Source: the human T2T-CHM13v2.0 reference genome, Homo sapiens
DNA length: 64,000 nucleotides
NCBI RefSeq assembly: GCF_009914755.1
Contig: NC_060925.1
Direction: 5' to 3' (one strand)
Shown here: one piece after another, positions 19,783 through 43,300 of the stretch
How positions within the stretch are numbered: position 1 is the first letter of the stretch
How the letters are laid out: the number at the start of each line of letters is the position of its first letter
Made by a program: the position numbers and the translations under genes
The notes under the pieces: generated by a model
Database searches by the model: none
The model's input: only the letters and a program-made list of their open reading frames with translations
Told to the model about the DNA's origin: nothing

Positions 19783-21478
19783 TGATGGCAGTGGCAGCCT
19801 CTCTTGAGTGGCTGCTGGGAAGATGCTGGCTACAGCAGGGGAGGCTCAGCTGGGACTCTGTGCTCCACTGAGCATGTGGGAGCCCTGCCCCCTTCCAAGT
19901 TGGCAGGACAGGAGCCCCACCCTCCTGGGAGCAGCTGCATCTGCCCAGCCACGGCTGTGGACCCAGGTATCCCTGCAATCCCAGGGCTGGGAAGCCACCC
20001 CACCTGCCCCCGAAAGCTCAGAAGTGCCTCCAGCTGCTACCTGGCCTCTCCTGACTCCCGACAAAGCTGAAGCCAAGCCCAGGCGCTGTTGCAACCCAGC
20101 CAGGTGTGCACACACTGAGGGCAGTGCTAGCATGCCAGCCCCTTGCTGCCTCGGCCCGCTCTGGACTTTGAGTGCTCACAAGCATGGGAGCAAGGCCAAG
20201 GAGGGGCTGAGGGCGGCTCAGCCCAGTCCTGTAGGCGACCCTTGACCTGAACAGCCTGGGTCCTGTAGATGACATGATTGATGGCAGTAGGAGGCACACA
20301 GGCTCCTGGGTGGAAAGGGGTGGGTGTCCAGTGAAGACCCCCATTAAAGCTAGGGACTTCCTGAAACATGGGGGCTGGGCTGCCAGTTCTGGGTGGAGTC
20401 TGCCGTCCAGAATGAGATTTATGGTGCTTTTTCTGGGCCCGTCCATGGCTGCCCATGGGCCAATCAGTATACACTTTCTCCCTTCTGAAGCCCATAAAAA
20501 TCCCACTCAGCTATACTCACAGAGATGTCAGGACTACCAGCTGTGGGAAGGATCTACCCACTTGGGATCCCCTCAATTTGTGGGGATCACCTGCCTGTGG
20601 GAAGGAGCTACTTACTCCGGGTCTCCTCTCCGCTGAGAACTAGGCACTCGGGACGACCTGCCTGCGGAAGGAGCTACTCACTTCGGGTCCCCTGAGAGCT
20701 GTTCTGTCGCTCAGTGAAGCTCCTCTCTTTCTTGCTCACCCTCTGGTTGTCCACGTACCTCATTCTTCCTGGACGCAGGATGAGAACATGGGACCTGCTG
20801 AATAGCAGGACTGAAAGAGCTGTAATACAAACAGGGCTGAAACACGTCTCCTGCTTGCCACATTGGGGGCAACAAGGAGAGAAGAGAGCTGTGGCCCTTC
20901 GGGGAGCCCAGACTCGGGGACTCCCTGAGCCAGGGCCATGACACCCTCTTTGGAGACTCCCTGAGCCAGGGCTCTGACACCCTTTTTGGGGGCTCCCTGA
21001 GCCGGGGCCGTGACACCCTCTTTGGGGACTCCCTGAGCCGGGGCCGTGACACCCTCTCGGGGACTCCCTGAGCTGGGGCCATGACACCCTCTTGGGGACT
21101 CTGCAGCTCCTTGTATCTCCAAGATTCTGGGAGCCACCATGTTCCCCAGTGCCTGCAGTGGAAGCCACTTCTGGTGCACCTGGTCCAGCTACAGACTTGC
21201 ACAGAGCTGGCACCTGTGCCAGTCCCTGGAGCTGCCTGCCCCACTGCAGCTGGCACACCTGGCTGTGCACAGTGACTGGACCCCGCGCTTGTTCACACAC
21301 ACCCCTGCCGCTCCTCACCTGGAAGGTGTGGGATCTGAGCCAGTAGCATCAGCTGAGTGCAGCCTATCAGGCTGAGTGGGTGGAATGGGCCCAGTGGGCC
21401 CGAGCAAAACTCAGGCAAAGGCGCCCCAGACACAGAGGTTTCCGGCTGGGAAAGTTACACCCTAAGGATCCTGTGACA
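19783..21478 (+). mobile_element. Long GC-rich ERV1 solo LTR, MER52-like
   Basis: TGATGGCAGTGGCAGC...GGATCCTGTGACA with TG/CA termini, about 1.7 kb. 4-bp TSD CCAT/GCAT (one mismatch). CATAAAA box and repeated GAGCTAC motifs. Family name from recall. Confidence 0.75.
20916..21100. repeat. 36-bp tandem repeat x5 inside the MER52-like LTR
   Basis: Unit GGGGACTCCCTGAGCCGGGGCCGTGACACCCTCTTT. Confidence 0.9.
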
Positions 21479-21678
21479 GCATTATCCTGCCCAGTGAAAA
21501 AAGCAGAATCAGAGGGGAGTAAGAGTCTCATTATAATTGCAGTCTTGTTCCGAAGTCTTGGGAAAAGCTGTCTGTAGCATGAAAACATCAGCTTCTCCGG
21601 GTTTGAAGTTTGGGTGTTTCTGGTTAGGGCATCAGGCAGTTTGGTGAACACTGTGTGTGACCCATGCATCAGGCATGA

Positions 21679-21939
<261 letters not shown>

Positions 21940-22225
21940 TAGTAGAGACGGGGTTTCACCGGGTTAGCCAGGATAGTCTTGATCTCCTGACCTCGTGATC
22001 CGCCCGCCTCCGCCTCCCAAAGTGCTGGGATTACAGGTGTGAGCCACTACACCCGGCCGAGAGAATCTCTTGAGACCAGGAATTTGAGAGCAAACTGGTC
22101 AATATAGCTAGATCCCTCTCTATTTAAAAAAATTACATATATACACACACACACATATATAACACATATATACATACATTATACATATACACGTGTGTAT
22201 GTGTGTAAATTAATTTTTTTTTTAG

Positions 22226-22438
<213 letters not shown>

Positions 22439-22441
22439 TGA

Positions 22442-22811
<370 letters not shown>

Positions 22812-22848
22812 TAAATTTTTTTTGAGACAGGGTTTTGCTCTGTTGCCC

Positions 22849-23757
22849 TGTGGGGAAAAGCAAGAGAGATCAGATTGTTACTGTGTCTGTGTAGAAAGAA
22901 GTAGACATAGGAGACTCCATTCTGTTCTGTACTAAGACAAATTCTTCTGCCTTGAGATGCTGTTAATCTATGACCTTACCCCCAACCCCGTGCTCTCTGA
23001 AACATGTGCTGTGTCAACTCAGAGTTGAATGGATTAAGGGCGGTGCAAGATGTGCTTTGTTAAACAGATGCTTGAAGGCAGCACGCTCCTTAAGAGTCAT
23101 CACCACTCCCTAATCTCAAGTACCCAGGGACACAAACACTGAGGAAGGCCGCAGGGACCTCTGCCTAGGAAAGCCAGGTATTGTCCAAGGTTTCTCCCCA
23201 TGTGATAGTCTGAAATATGGCCTCATGGGAAGGGAAAGACCTGACCGTCCCCCAGCCCGACACCCGTAAAGGGTCTGTGCTGAGGAGGATTAGTAAAAGA
23301 GGAAGGCATGCCTCTTGCAGTTGAGACAAGAGGAAGGCATCTGTCTCCTGCCCGTCCCTGGGCAATGGAATGTCTCAGTATAAAACCCGATTGTACGTTC
23401 CATCTACTGAGATAGGGAAAAACCGCCTTAGGGCTGGAGGTGGGACATGCGGGCAGCAATACTGCTTTGTAAAGCATTGAGATGTTTATGTGGATGCATA
23501 TCTAAAAGCACAGCACTTGATTCTTTACCTTGTCTACGATGCAAAGACCTTTGTTCACATGTTTGTCTGCTGACCCTCTCCCCACTATTGTCTTGTGACC
23601 CTGACACATCCCCCTCTTGGAGAAGCACCCACGAATGATCAATAAATACTAAGGGAACTCAGAGGCTGGTAGGATCCTCCATATGCTGAACACTGGTTCC
23701 CTGGGTTCCACCTAACGAGAAACACCCACAGGTGTGGAGGGGCAACCCACCCCTTCA
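22849..23757 (+). mobile_element. HERV-K(HML-2) LTR5 solo LTR (LTR5_Hs-like), 909 bp
   Basis: Starts TGTGGGGAAAAGCAAGAGAGATCAGATTGTTACT and ends GGGGCAACCCACCCCTTCA. TATAAAA ~23379, AATAAA 23641. Perfect 6-bp TSD TTGCCC (22843-22848 / 23758-23763). Inserted inside an antisense Alu. Confidence 0.95.
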
Positions 23758-24144
23758 TTGCCCAAGCTTGAGTACAGTGGTGGGATCATGGCTTACTGCA
23801 GCCTCAAACTCCCAAGCTCAAGTGATCCACTCACCTCATCCTCTCCAGTAGCTGGGAATACAGCCGTGCAGCATTCTACCTGGCTAGTTTTTTATTTTCA
23901 TTAGAGACAAGGTCTTGCTGTGTTTCCAGGGCTCATCTTGAACTCCTGGGCTCAAGTGATCCTCCCACCTCAGCCTCCCAAGGTGTTGGGATTACAGGTG
24001 TGAGCCACCATGCCTAGCCTAAATAAGAATTTTAAATGCACCTATATGTTGTAAATAACTCAGAAGATACAGCTTTTTCATTAAGCCAACAATATCAAAT
24101 TAGTTTTACTCATCAAATAATTACACACAAAAGAGATCATTCTA

Positions 24145-24420
<276 letters not shown>

Positions 24421-25034
24421 TTAATGAGTAAACCCAGGCAAAAATGTATGCTGCCAATTTTTATGACATTTCTATTTTTATTTTACAGCAAATTTAAAAC
24501 CAGCTTATTTATTAAAGATTTACAGCCTGGGGGCCGGGCGTGGTGGCTCACACCTATAATCCCAGCACTTTGGGAGGCCGAGGCGACCGGATCACGATCA
24601 GGAGACCATCCTGGCTAACACAGTGAAACCCTATGGCTACTAAAAACACAAAAATTAGCCGGGTGTAGTGGTGGCACATGCCTGTGATCCCAGCTACTCA
24701 GGAGGCTGAAAATCACTTGAACCTGGGAGTCGGAGGTTGCAGTGAGCCAAGATCGCGCCACTGTACTCCAGCCTGGGTGACAGAGCGGGACTTCATCTCA
24801 AAACAACAACAACAAAAAACAGACAATTGGATCCCAATTATATGATAGTATTTCTGACAAAATGGGACATGTTCACATGGCTAAACTTTATTTGCCCAAA
24901 TAGGTGATCTAATGAAGGATACAGACCAAAATTTGGGGGATCGCAGTTTGTATAGGAGGTTTATTATTTTAAAAAACCTCATTTTACCATTTTTCCCATT
25001 TCAAATGATTTGGGGTTATGTATTCACATGTTTC

Positions 25035-26615
<1,581 letters not shown>

Positions 26616-26760
26616 TAGTAGAGATGGGGTTTCTCCATGTTGGTCAGGCTGGTCTCAGACTCCAGACCTCAGATGATCCGCCCGCCTCGGCCTCCCAAAG
26701 TGCTGGGATTACAGGCGTGAGCCACCGCGCCCGCCAATTAATTTTTTTTTTTTTTTTTGA

Positions 26761-26973
<213 letters not shown>

Positions 26974-27020
26974 TGATCCACCCACCTCAGCCTCCCAAAG
27001 TGCCAGGATTACAGGCGTGA

Positions 27021-27233
<213 letters not shown>

Positions 27234-27615
27234 TAGTAGAGACGGGGTTTCACCATGTTGGCCAGGCTGGTCTCGAACTCCTGACCTCGTGATCCTCCCA
27301 CTTTAGCCTCCCAAAGTGTTGGGATTACAGGCGTGAGCCACCGTGCCTGGCCACCCATCAGTTTTAAAATGTGCCTGAGTTAGAGCAGAACAGAAGCTGA
27401 GAAAAATTAAAAAGAAAGATAAATAAGTACAGTTTGCCCAAGTTGGGCCATAATATAGCCTGCTGGAGAACCAAAAAATCTGCTGTGACTTAATGTTTGA
27501 GAATCCCATTTCATTTCTTCTTATTTTCTGAAGAGCAAAGAAGCTTCCATAGATCCTATCAGGAATTGTCAAGCACATGGACCACTGTTTCAGATGGTGG
27601 CGACAGACCCAGTAA

Positions 27616-28173
<558 letters not shown>

Positions 28174-28454
28174 TAGCCAGGATGGTCTCGAACTTCTGAC
28201 CTCGTGATCCACCTGCCTCGGCCTCCCAAAGTGCTGGCATTACAGGTGTGAGATACCGCGCCCAGCCAAGACTCTTTTTTTAAAAACAAACAAGCAAACA
28301 AAAATTATCTGGACATAGTAGAACCAGCCTGTGGTCCCAGCTACTGAGGAGGCTGAGGTGGGAGAATCGCTTGAGCCTGGGATGTTGAGGCTTCAGTGAG
28401 CCAACACTGTGCCACTCCACTCCAGCCTGGGCAACACAGAGAGACCATGTCTTA

Positions 28455-28485
<31 letters not shown>

Positions 28486-28658
28486 TGCAATTTTAAAAAG
28501 AGGGAAGCACAGCCACAGAAGATTCTCCAAGGCAGAGCATGCGAACCACGGAAGCAGAGAGCCCATAGGGCTCGGCGAGCATGGGGCACTGGCTCCAAGA
28601 ACCGCCAGTTCCTTCTTAAAGTGACCTTCCTTCAGGTCCTGTTTCAGAGCATCATTTA

Positions 28659-31290
<2,632 letters not shown>

Positions 31291-31435
31291 TAGGTGAGCT
31301 GAGAAATGAAGGCATGAAGGATGGCAGCCGCGAAAAAGCACTCTGTGCACCGAGCTGGGGATCCCAGTGGAAGGCAAGAATTATCCCTGGAGCAGGCAGG
31401 GCGCCGTGGCTCACGTCTGTAATCCCAGCACTTTA

Positions 31436-31899
<464 letters not shown>

Positions 31900-31925
31900 T
31901 AGCCAGGATGGAGAGACTCTGTTAA

Positions 31926-32201
<276 letters not shown>

Positions 32202-32612
32202 TAGCCAGCATGGGCTTGATCTCCTGACCTCATGATCCGCCTGCCTCAGCCTCCCAAAGTGCTGGGATTACAGGAGGTGGCTTTTAATAAAGCTAGGACG
32301 GGAAGGACCATGGACCCTGGTGGAAAACAGGCTCCTTCTCAGAAAGAGGTCAAGAAACTCAGACACCAGGGCGCTGGGGACCGTTTCACGGGTGCTGAAG
32401 TCGTCTACCATTGCTTTTGTGGTATTTTAGAGAAAAAGGCTGAGAACCAGGTGTTGGAAATCTTTAAGGATGCCTGGGGCTTCCTTGGGTGACAGGGATC
32501 GGGGGAGAGTTGATGCCTAAAGGAGGAGGCCGGGCTTTGTGGGGCGCGTGGCCATCTAGGCGATAAATGAGGGCATCGCCCACTCCTGCCCTACGTGTAC
32601 CTGAGTATTTCA

Positions 32613-32918
<306 letters not shown>

Positions 32919-33101
32919 CTACAGCCTGGGTGATAGAGAGAGACTCCATCTCAAAAAAAAAAAGAGTTTTGAGAACTGTGCCGTCTGACAAAGTGTGCAC
33001 CGAACATAAGAGGTTATTTGTTTAAACTTAAGTTTAACGGCCAGGCACGGTGGCTCATGCCTGTAATCCCAGCACTTTGGGAGGCCCAGGCGGGCGGATC
33101 A

Positions 33102-33359
<258 letters not shown>

Positions 33360-33384
33360 TCAGTCACAGTAGCTGCAATTAAAG

Positions 33385-34740
<1,356 letters not shown>

Positions 34741-34790
34741 GGCCGGGCGCGGCGGCTCACGCCTGTAATCCCAACACTTTGGGAGGCCTA

Positions 34791-35105
<315 letters not shown>

Positions 35106-35108
35106 TTA

Positions 35109-35345
<237 letters not shown>

Positions 35346-35479
35346 CTAAATAAAAAAAAAAAAAAAAAAACAAGAAAAGAAACAAGGCCAGGCGCAGTGG
35401 CTCACGCCTGTAATCCCAGCACTTTGGGAGGCCGAGGGGGGCGGATCACGAGGTCAGGAGATAGAGACCATCCTGGCTA

Positions 35480-35875
<396 letters not shown>

Positions 35876-35989
35876 TCACTGGAGGTCAGGAGTTTGAGAC
35901 CAGCCTGACCAACATGGTGCAACCCTGTCTCTAGTAAAAATGCAATATTAGCAGGGTGTGTGGCACATGCCTGTAATGCCAGCGACTCA

Positions 35990-36148
<159 letters not shown>

Positions 36149-36874
36149 TCACTTAGTCCAGGAGTTCAAGACCAGCCTGGGCAACACAGTGAGATCTCCC
36201 ATCTCTTAAAAGAAAAAAGAAAAGGAAAGAAAAAAAGAAAAGAAAAGCGACTACTGATGATACCACTTAGAAAAGATCCGTAAAGTCCAAAGGAGAAGGA
36301 GAGCCCGAGGGAGGGGCACCACAGTCCTGGGAGAGGCCACAGTCCTGCCTGGAAAGAAAATGCGGGTGCTTGCCACCCTTCAGACTTTTGGCCCATCGGA
36401 AAGTAGGGGCCCCCTCACGCCGTCTAAGGGCTCCCTTCTTAGGGTCAAGGCTAGAGGCCCTGGTGCCAGGTACCCAGGACTTGCTAGACTGGCCAAATCT
36501 TGCACCTGCCAGGTCAGGGTCTCCAGCAGCTCCTGGCCATTCCTGAGCCCCCCGTCCAGTAGTCAAGACCCCCATCCTAAGTGAGCATGGAACCACCAGC
36601 CTCACAGCCCTCTGTTCCTCCCAGGAGACCTAGAGTCCATCCCTCCTGGGGCACCTGGGGAGACAGCAGGGCCCGGCTGCCTGCATCCAGACCATGCAGG
36701 GCCTCCAGCTCCCGTACTCAGCATGGCTGTGGGCCTTGCAGTTGGCTAAGATGGGGCCATCGCTGTGGGCCAGGCTCTGGAGGTGAGCAGGGAGGCCTAG
36801 GGTTCTGTTTTGGACACAAAAGGGGTGAGAGGCCCCCTGAGTGATCGAAGTGAAAACTTCAAGAAGGGCATCTT

Positions 36875-37035
36875 GTCTCGGCAGAGTCGGGCCAGGACGC
36901 GCCCCCACGGGTCTCAGGTCTTGGCAGGGTCGGGCCGGGACGCGGCTCCAGGGGTCTCGGCAGGGTGGGGCCAGGATACACCCCCAGGGGTCTCAGCAGG
37001 TTCCGGCTGGGACGCGGCTCCAGGGGTCTCGGCCC
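36875..37035. repeat. Degenerate 36-bp GC-rich tandem repeat, about 4.5 copies
   Basis: Recurrent GGGGTCTCGGCAGGGT...GGGACGCGGCTCCA. Confidence 0.75.
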
Positions 37036-37367
37036 GGGGCAGTTCAAGCTGTAGTAACAATAGCTCCAGTTCTCATCTCTACCTGGCTGTTTCCATTCCA
37101 CAATGGAGGCACTGAAAGGCTCCTGCCTTCTGAAGGGCAGGCACGGATGAGCCAGGATGAAGCCAGGGCAGCTTCCGAGTCAGGGCAGGTCCCTTCCGCC
37201 CCACACTGGAAAAGCGTATAGCTCCAGGCACCAGCGAGAAAGGCCAGGTGGAGCCATCTGCGCTCCAGCTCCATGGCACATGGCGGTTGCTAGGCTGAGA
37301 GCCACATCCACCTGCCTCCCCACCCAGCCTGGGCCACCAAGTCTGAAGAAGAGCAGAGAGCCATGGT

Positions 37368-37435
37368 CCAGAGAGAGCAGGGTGGGGAGAGACAGACAGA
37401 GAGAGCAGAACGGGAAGAGACAGAGAGAGGCAGAC

Positions 37436-37466
<31 letters not shown>

Positions 37467-39370
37467 CAGAGAGAGCAGAACAGGGAGAGACAGAGAGAGT
37501 GAGACAGAGACAGAGACAGAGAGGCAGACACACAGAGAGAGAGAGAGAGACAGACAGACACAGAGAGAGCAGAACAGGGAGAGACAGAGAGACAGAGAGA
37601 GAGAGTGACAGAGAGAGGCAGAGAGAGAGAGAGAGAGACAGACACAGAGAGAGCAGAACAGGGAGAAACAGAGAGACAGAGAGCGAGAGAGACAGAGACA
37701 GAGAGAGGCAGACAGAGACAGAGAGAGAGACAGACAGACAGACACAGAGAGAGCAGAACGGGGAGAGACAGAGAGACAGAGAGAAACAGAGACAGAGACA
37801 GAGAGGCAGACAGAGAGAGAGACAGACAGAGAGCAGAACAGGGAGAGACAAAGAGACAGAGAGAGAGAGAGACACAGAGAGAGAGAGATAGAGAGAGGCA
37901 GACAGAGACAGAGAGACAGACAGACACAGAGCAGAACAGGGAGAGACAGAGAGAGAGAGACAGAGAGAGGCAGACAGAGAGAGAGAGAGACAGACACAGA
38001 GAGAGCAGAACAGGGAGAAACAGAGAGACAGAGAGCGAGAGAGACAGACACAGAGAGAGGCAGACAGAGACAGAGAGAGACAAACAGACAGACACAGAGA
38101 GAGCAGAACGGGGAGAGACAGAGAGACAGAGAGAAACAGAGACAGAGACAGAGAGAGGCAGACAGAGAGACAGACAGACAGACAGAGAGAGCAGAACAGG
38201 GAGAGACAGAGAGACACAGAGACAGAGAGGCAAACAGAGACAGAGAGACAGACAGAGAGAGCAGAATGGGGAGAGACACAGAGACAGAGACAGAGACAGA
38301 GAGAGGCAGACAGAGACAGAGAGAGAGACAGACAGACACAGAGCAGAACAGGGAGAGACAGAGAGAGAGAGACAGAGAGAGGCAGACAGAGACAGAGAGA
38401 GAGACAGACACAGAGCAGAACAGGGAGAGACAGAGAGAGAGAGAGACAGAGAGAGGCAGACAGAGAGAGAGAGAGAGACAGACACAGAGAGAGCAGAACA
38501 GGGAGAAACAGAGACAGAGAGCGAGAGAGACAGACACAGAGAGAGGCAGACAGAGACAGAGAGAGACAGACAGACACAGAGAGAGCAGAACGGGGAGAGA
38601 CAGAGAGACAGAGAGAAACAGAGACAGAGACAGAGAGAGGCAGACAGAGAGACAGACAGACAGAGAGAGCAGAACAGGGAGAGACAGAGAGAGACACAGA
38701 GACAGAGAGGCAAACAGAGACAGAGAGAGAGACAGACAGACACAGAGAGAGCAGAATGGGGAGAGACACAGAGACAGAGACAGAGACAGAGAGAGGCAGA
38801 CAGAGACGGAGAGAGAGAGCAGGGCGGGGAGAGACAGAGAGACAGAGACAGACAGAGACAGAGAGACAAAGACAGAGATAGAGAAAGACACAGAGAGGGA
38901 CAGAGAGACATGGAGAGAGACAGAAAGAGAGGCAGAGACAGAGATGGAGAGAGGCAGAGACAGAGACAGAGTGAGGCAGAGAGAGATGGAGAGAGAGAGG
39001 CAGATAGAGAGACAGAGACAGAGAGAGGCAGAGAGAGATGGAGAGAGAGAGGCAGATAGAGAGGCAGAGAGACAAAGAGATGGAGACAGAGACAGACACA
39101 GAGAGAGGGAAAGAGGCAGAGAGATAGGGACAGAGAGAGATGGAGAGAGACAGAGACAGATACAGAGAGAGGCAGAGAGATGGAGACAGAGAGGCAGAGA
39201 GAGATGGAGGGAGATGGAGACAGGGACAGAGAGATAGGGAGAGAGAGAGATGAAGAGAGACAGAGAAACAGAGAGAGAGAAACAGAGAGAGAGAGAGAGA
39301 GCCAGAGACAGAGACAGAGAGATACATGGGAAGGAGAGGGAGAGAATGGAGAGAGACAGAGAGAGGGAGG
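37368..39370. repeat. About 2-kb complex GA/GACA/GAGACA repeat with higher-order structure
   Basis: (GA)n/(GACA)n matrix punctuated by GAGCAGAAC(A/G)GGGAGA anchors every ~70-100 nt. Confidence 0.95.
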
Positions 39371-41559
39371 GGAGGCTCCTCCAGGTAGAGCAGAAGGAAA
39401 GAAACTTCGGGGCGGGACTGGAAGGTGCACCAGGTCAGAAGGAGGGGTTGGGGGTCCCCATGCCCCTGGGAGGATAATGGGGCCAGCCGGGAAGGTGGCC
39501 AGCTAGGGAACGAGCAGTCTGTGCCAGTGACCACGAGCTCAGATGCAGACGCCCCTCCCTGGCAGGGACGCCCACTCCCAGGCCAAGGCTTGTCCCCTGG
39601 GCCTTGCAGGCTGCTCAAGCCACTTCTGCAAACCCTCAGCTGGACTCCATGCCTCTGAGAAGCCCCCAGAACTGGCAGGACAGGCCTGTGGCTATAGCCC
39701 GTGTGAGCCTAAGCTCACAAACAAGCCGGAATCCCACCGCAGGCCAGGGAGCCTCCGAAACTTCCCGGCTGCTCCCCAAGGAGCCGTGCTGCCCCAGCTC
39801 CCTGGACGCTGCCTTTGCTGGTAGAAGACATGGAAACACCCTTGCAGGTGACCAGGGCAGAAGGTGGCTGGAACGGGAAGCCCCCCACTCCCACCAGGCT
39901 GTCTACACACATCGCTGCACACCCCCTCTAGGGATGAGTCACTCCTCAGAGCTGGGCTCCTCCTCCCCCTCCCCCTCCGCCCCCCCCCCCCCCCGCCTGT
40001 TTTTGCTTCCTCAGGGTCACCCCTGGCTGCAAGTGCCTCAAGGACAGCCTGGAAGAGCCTGTGGGGGAGGGAGGGTGGCATTCAGCACAGGATACACACA
40101 GGAGCCCCAGGCTGTCCTCTGCCCACCGTCCCCACCCCAGCTCTAGCTCTGCCAGGGAGGCCCAGGCAGGGAGGTGAGCCCCTCCGGAGCAGCCTAATTG
40201 CCACTGTCACAGCTCAAGTGTGTCGCCGTGGGAATGGGCTATTTCTAAGCACGGCAGGTACCGTCTTCCCCTTCCCCCGCCAACACAGCTGGCCCAGGAC
40301 AAGAAGGTGCAGAGACAAACAGGGGGCACCCTGCCTGTCCTGCTAGGAACTGCAAGGCAGCGTGCCGCACACGCTGCCTGGGCCAATGCCACCCAGGCCA
40401 GGAGAGGGTTTGGGGCCAGACACCAGCCCATACCCAAGGGTCCCAGGGGATGTGGGGAGAAGGGGAATCCACCTTTTCCTTCCCTCCCACCTCCCAAATA
40501 ACACACAGACAGCTCTGTTGGTCTGAGAATGATGGACATTTAGACACTGGCGCCAGGTTTGCGCCTGACCGGCGCCACGCAGGGGTGGGCGGAGCAAAGA
40601 CACACAGGTGGGCTACAGGTGTCACACGGCACCAGCCAGGGCCCGGGGTGGCTGGGGTGAGGATGGGTGTTTGGCCAGTGACCAGGAGTCAGGTCAAGTC
40701 CAGGTGGTCAGTGCCAGGGGCTCCAGGAGGGGAGGGCAGTGCCATAACCCTCCTGGTGTCCAGCGTCACCAGGCGGTCGTCACAGAAAGCAACCTCGGCC
40801 CGGGGCCCGGGTCTGCAGCAGGTGGGCAGGGTCAGCTTTTCTTCCATGGCGGGTGGCATTGTCTGGGCCGGATACTGGCTCTCGACCCCTGGGCATGCAA
40901 AGGCTAGGGGTGGTGCTGTCAGTCACACCGTTGCCACCAAGGTCCCCTGGGTCGGCTGAGGCTTGGGATCCAGGCAGCGGTGGAAGGTCGGGCTGCTCAA
41001 GGCCGGTATCTAAGCTTCTGCCCTGGGACCCAGTGGTGATGGCCGCCATCTGCCCCATTCCCACAGGGACCTAGTCAGAGGTCGCACACACAAAAGGGGT
41101 ACCTGGCCCTGGAGAACCACCAGCTGCCCGGGGTCTGAGAACACTCACCCTGGCCGCTGGGCCAGGCCTGCCAGGCTCCCGGCTGGTCCAACACCCTAAA
41201 CGGTACAGAGCGCTGCAGGCCCTCACCTCATGCTTCTGCAGCGCTTGAGGGTGAAGGTGTCTCCAAGGGGACGCTGGCCAGATGCATGGAGAGGCCGGCC
41301 AATCTTAGGGCCACAGACCCCCCCTGGACAGCAGAGGGTGTTGGCTCCTGCAGTGGGCCCGAGATACTAAGGCACGAAGCTAACCTAAGCCCAGTGGGGT
41401 GGGGCGGGGCAGGACAGGCTTGGAGAGCTGCGCCCCAGGCCTGCAAAGCACAGTGACCGAGCAATGGCGACGGTCTGTCTGGGACAATTCGGCACAGGAT
41501 GGAGGTGCGGGGTGAGCCGGAGTGCCCATGGCTCTTGCTGGAAGGGGCTCCATGCCCTG

Positions 41560-43300
<1,741 letters not shown>

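Noticed and set aside
37079-39618. Long ORFs of 783, 812, 533 and 484 aa (SLSLCL / RERQTE)
   Set aside because: They are translations of the GA/GACA repeat, which lacks stop codons because of its base composition.
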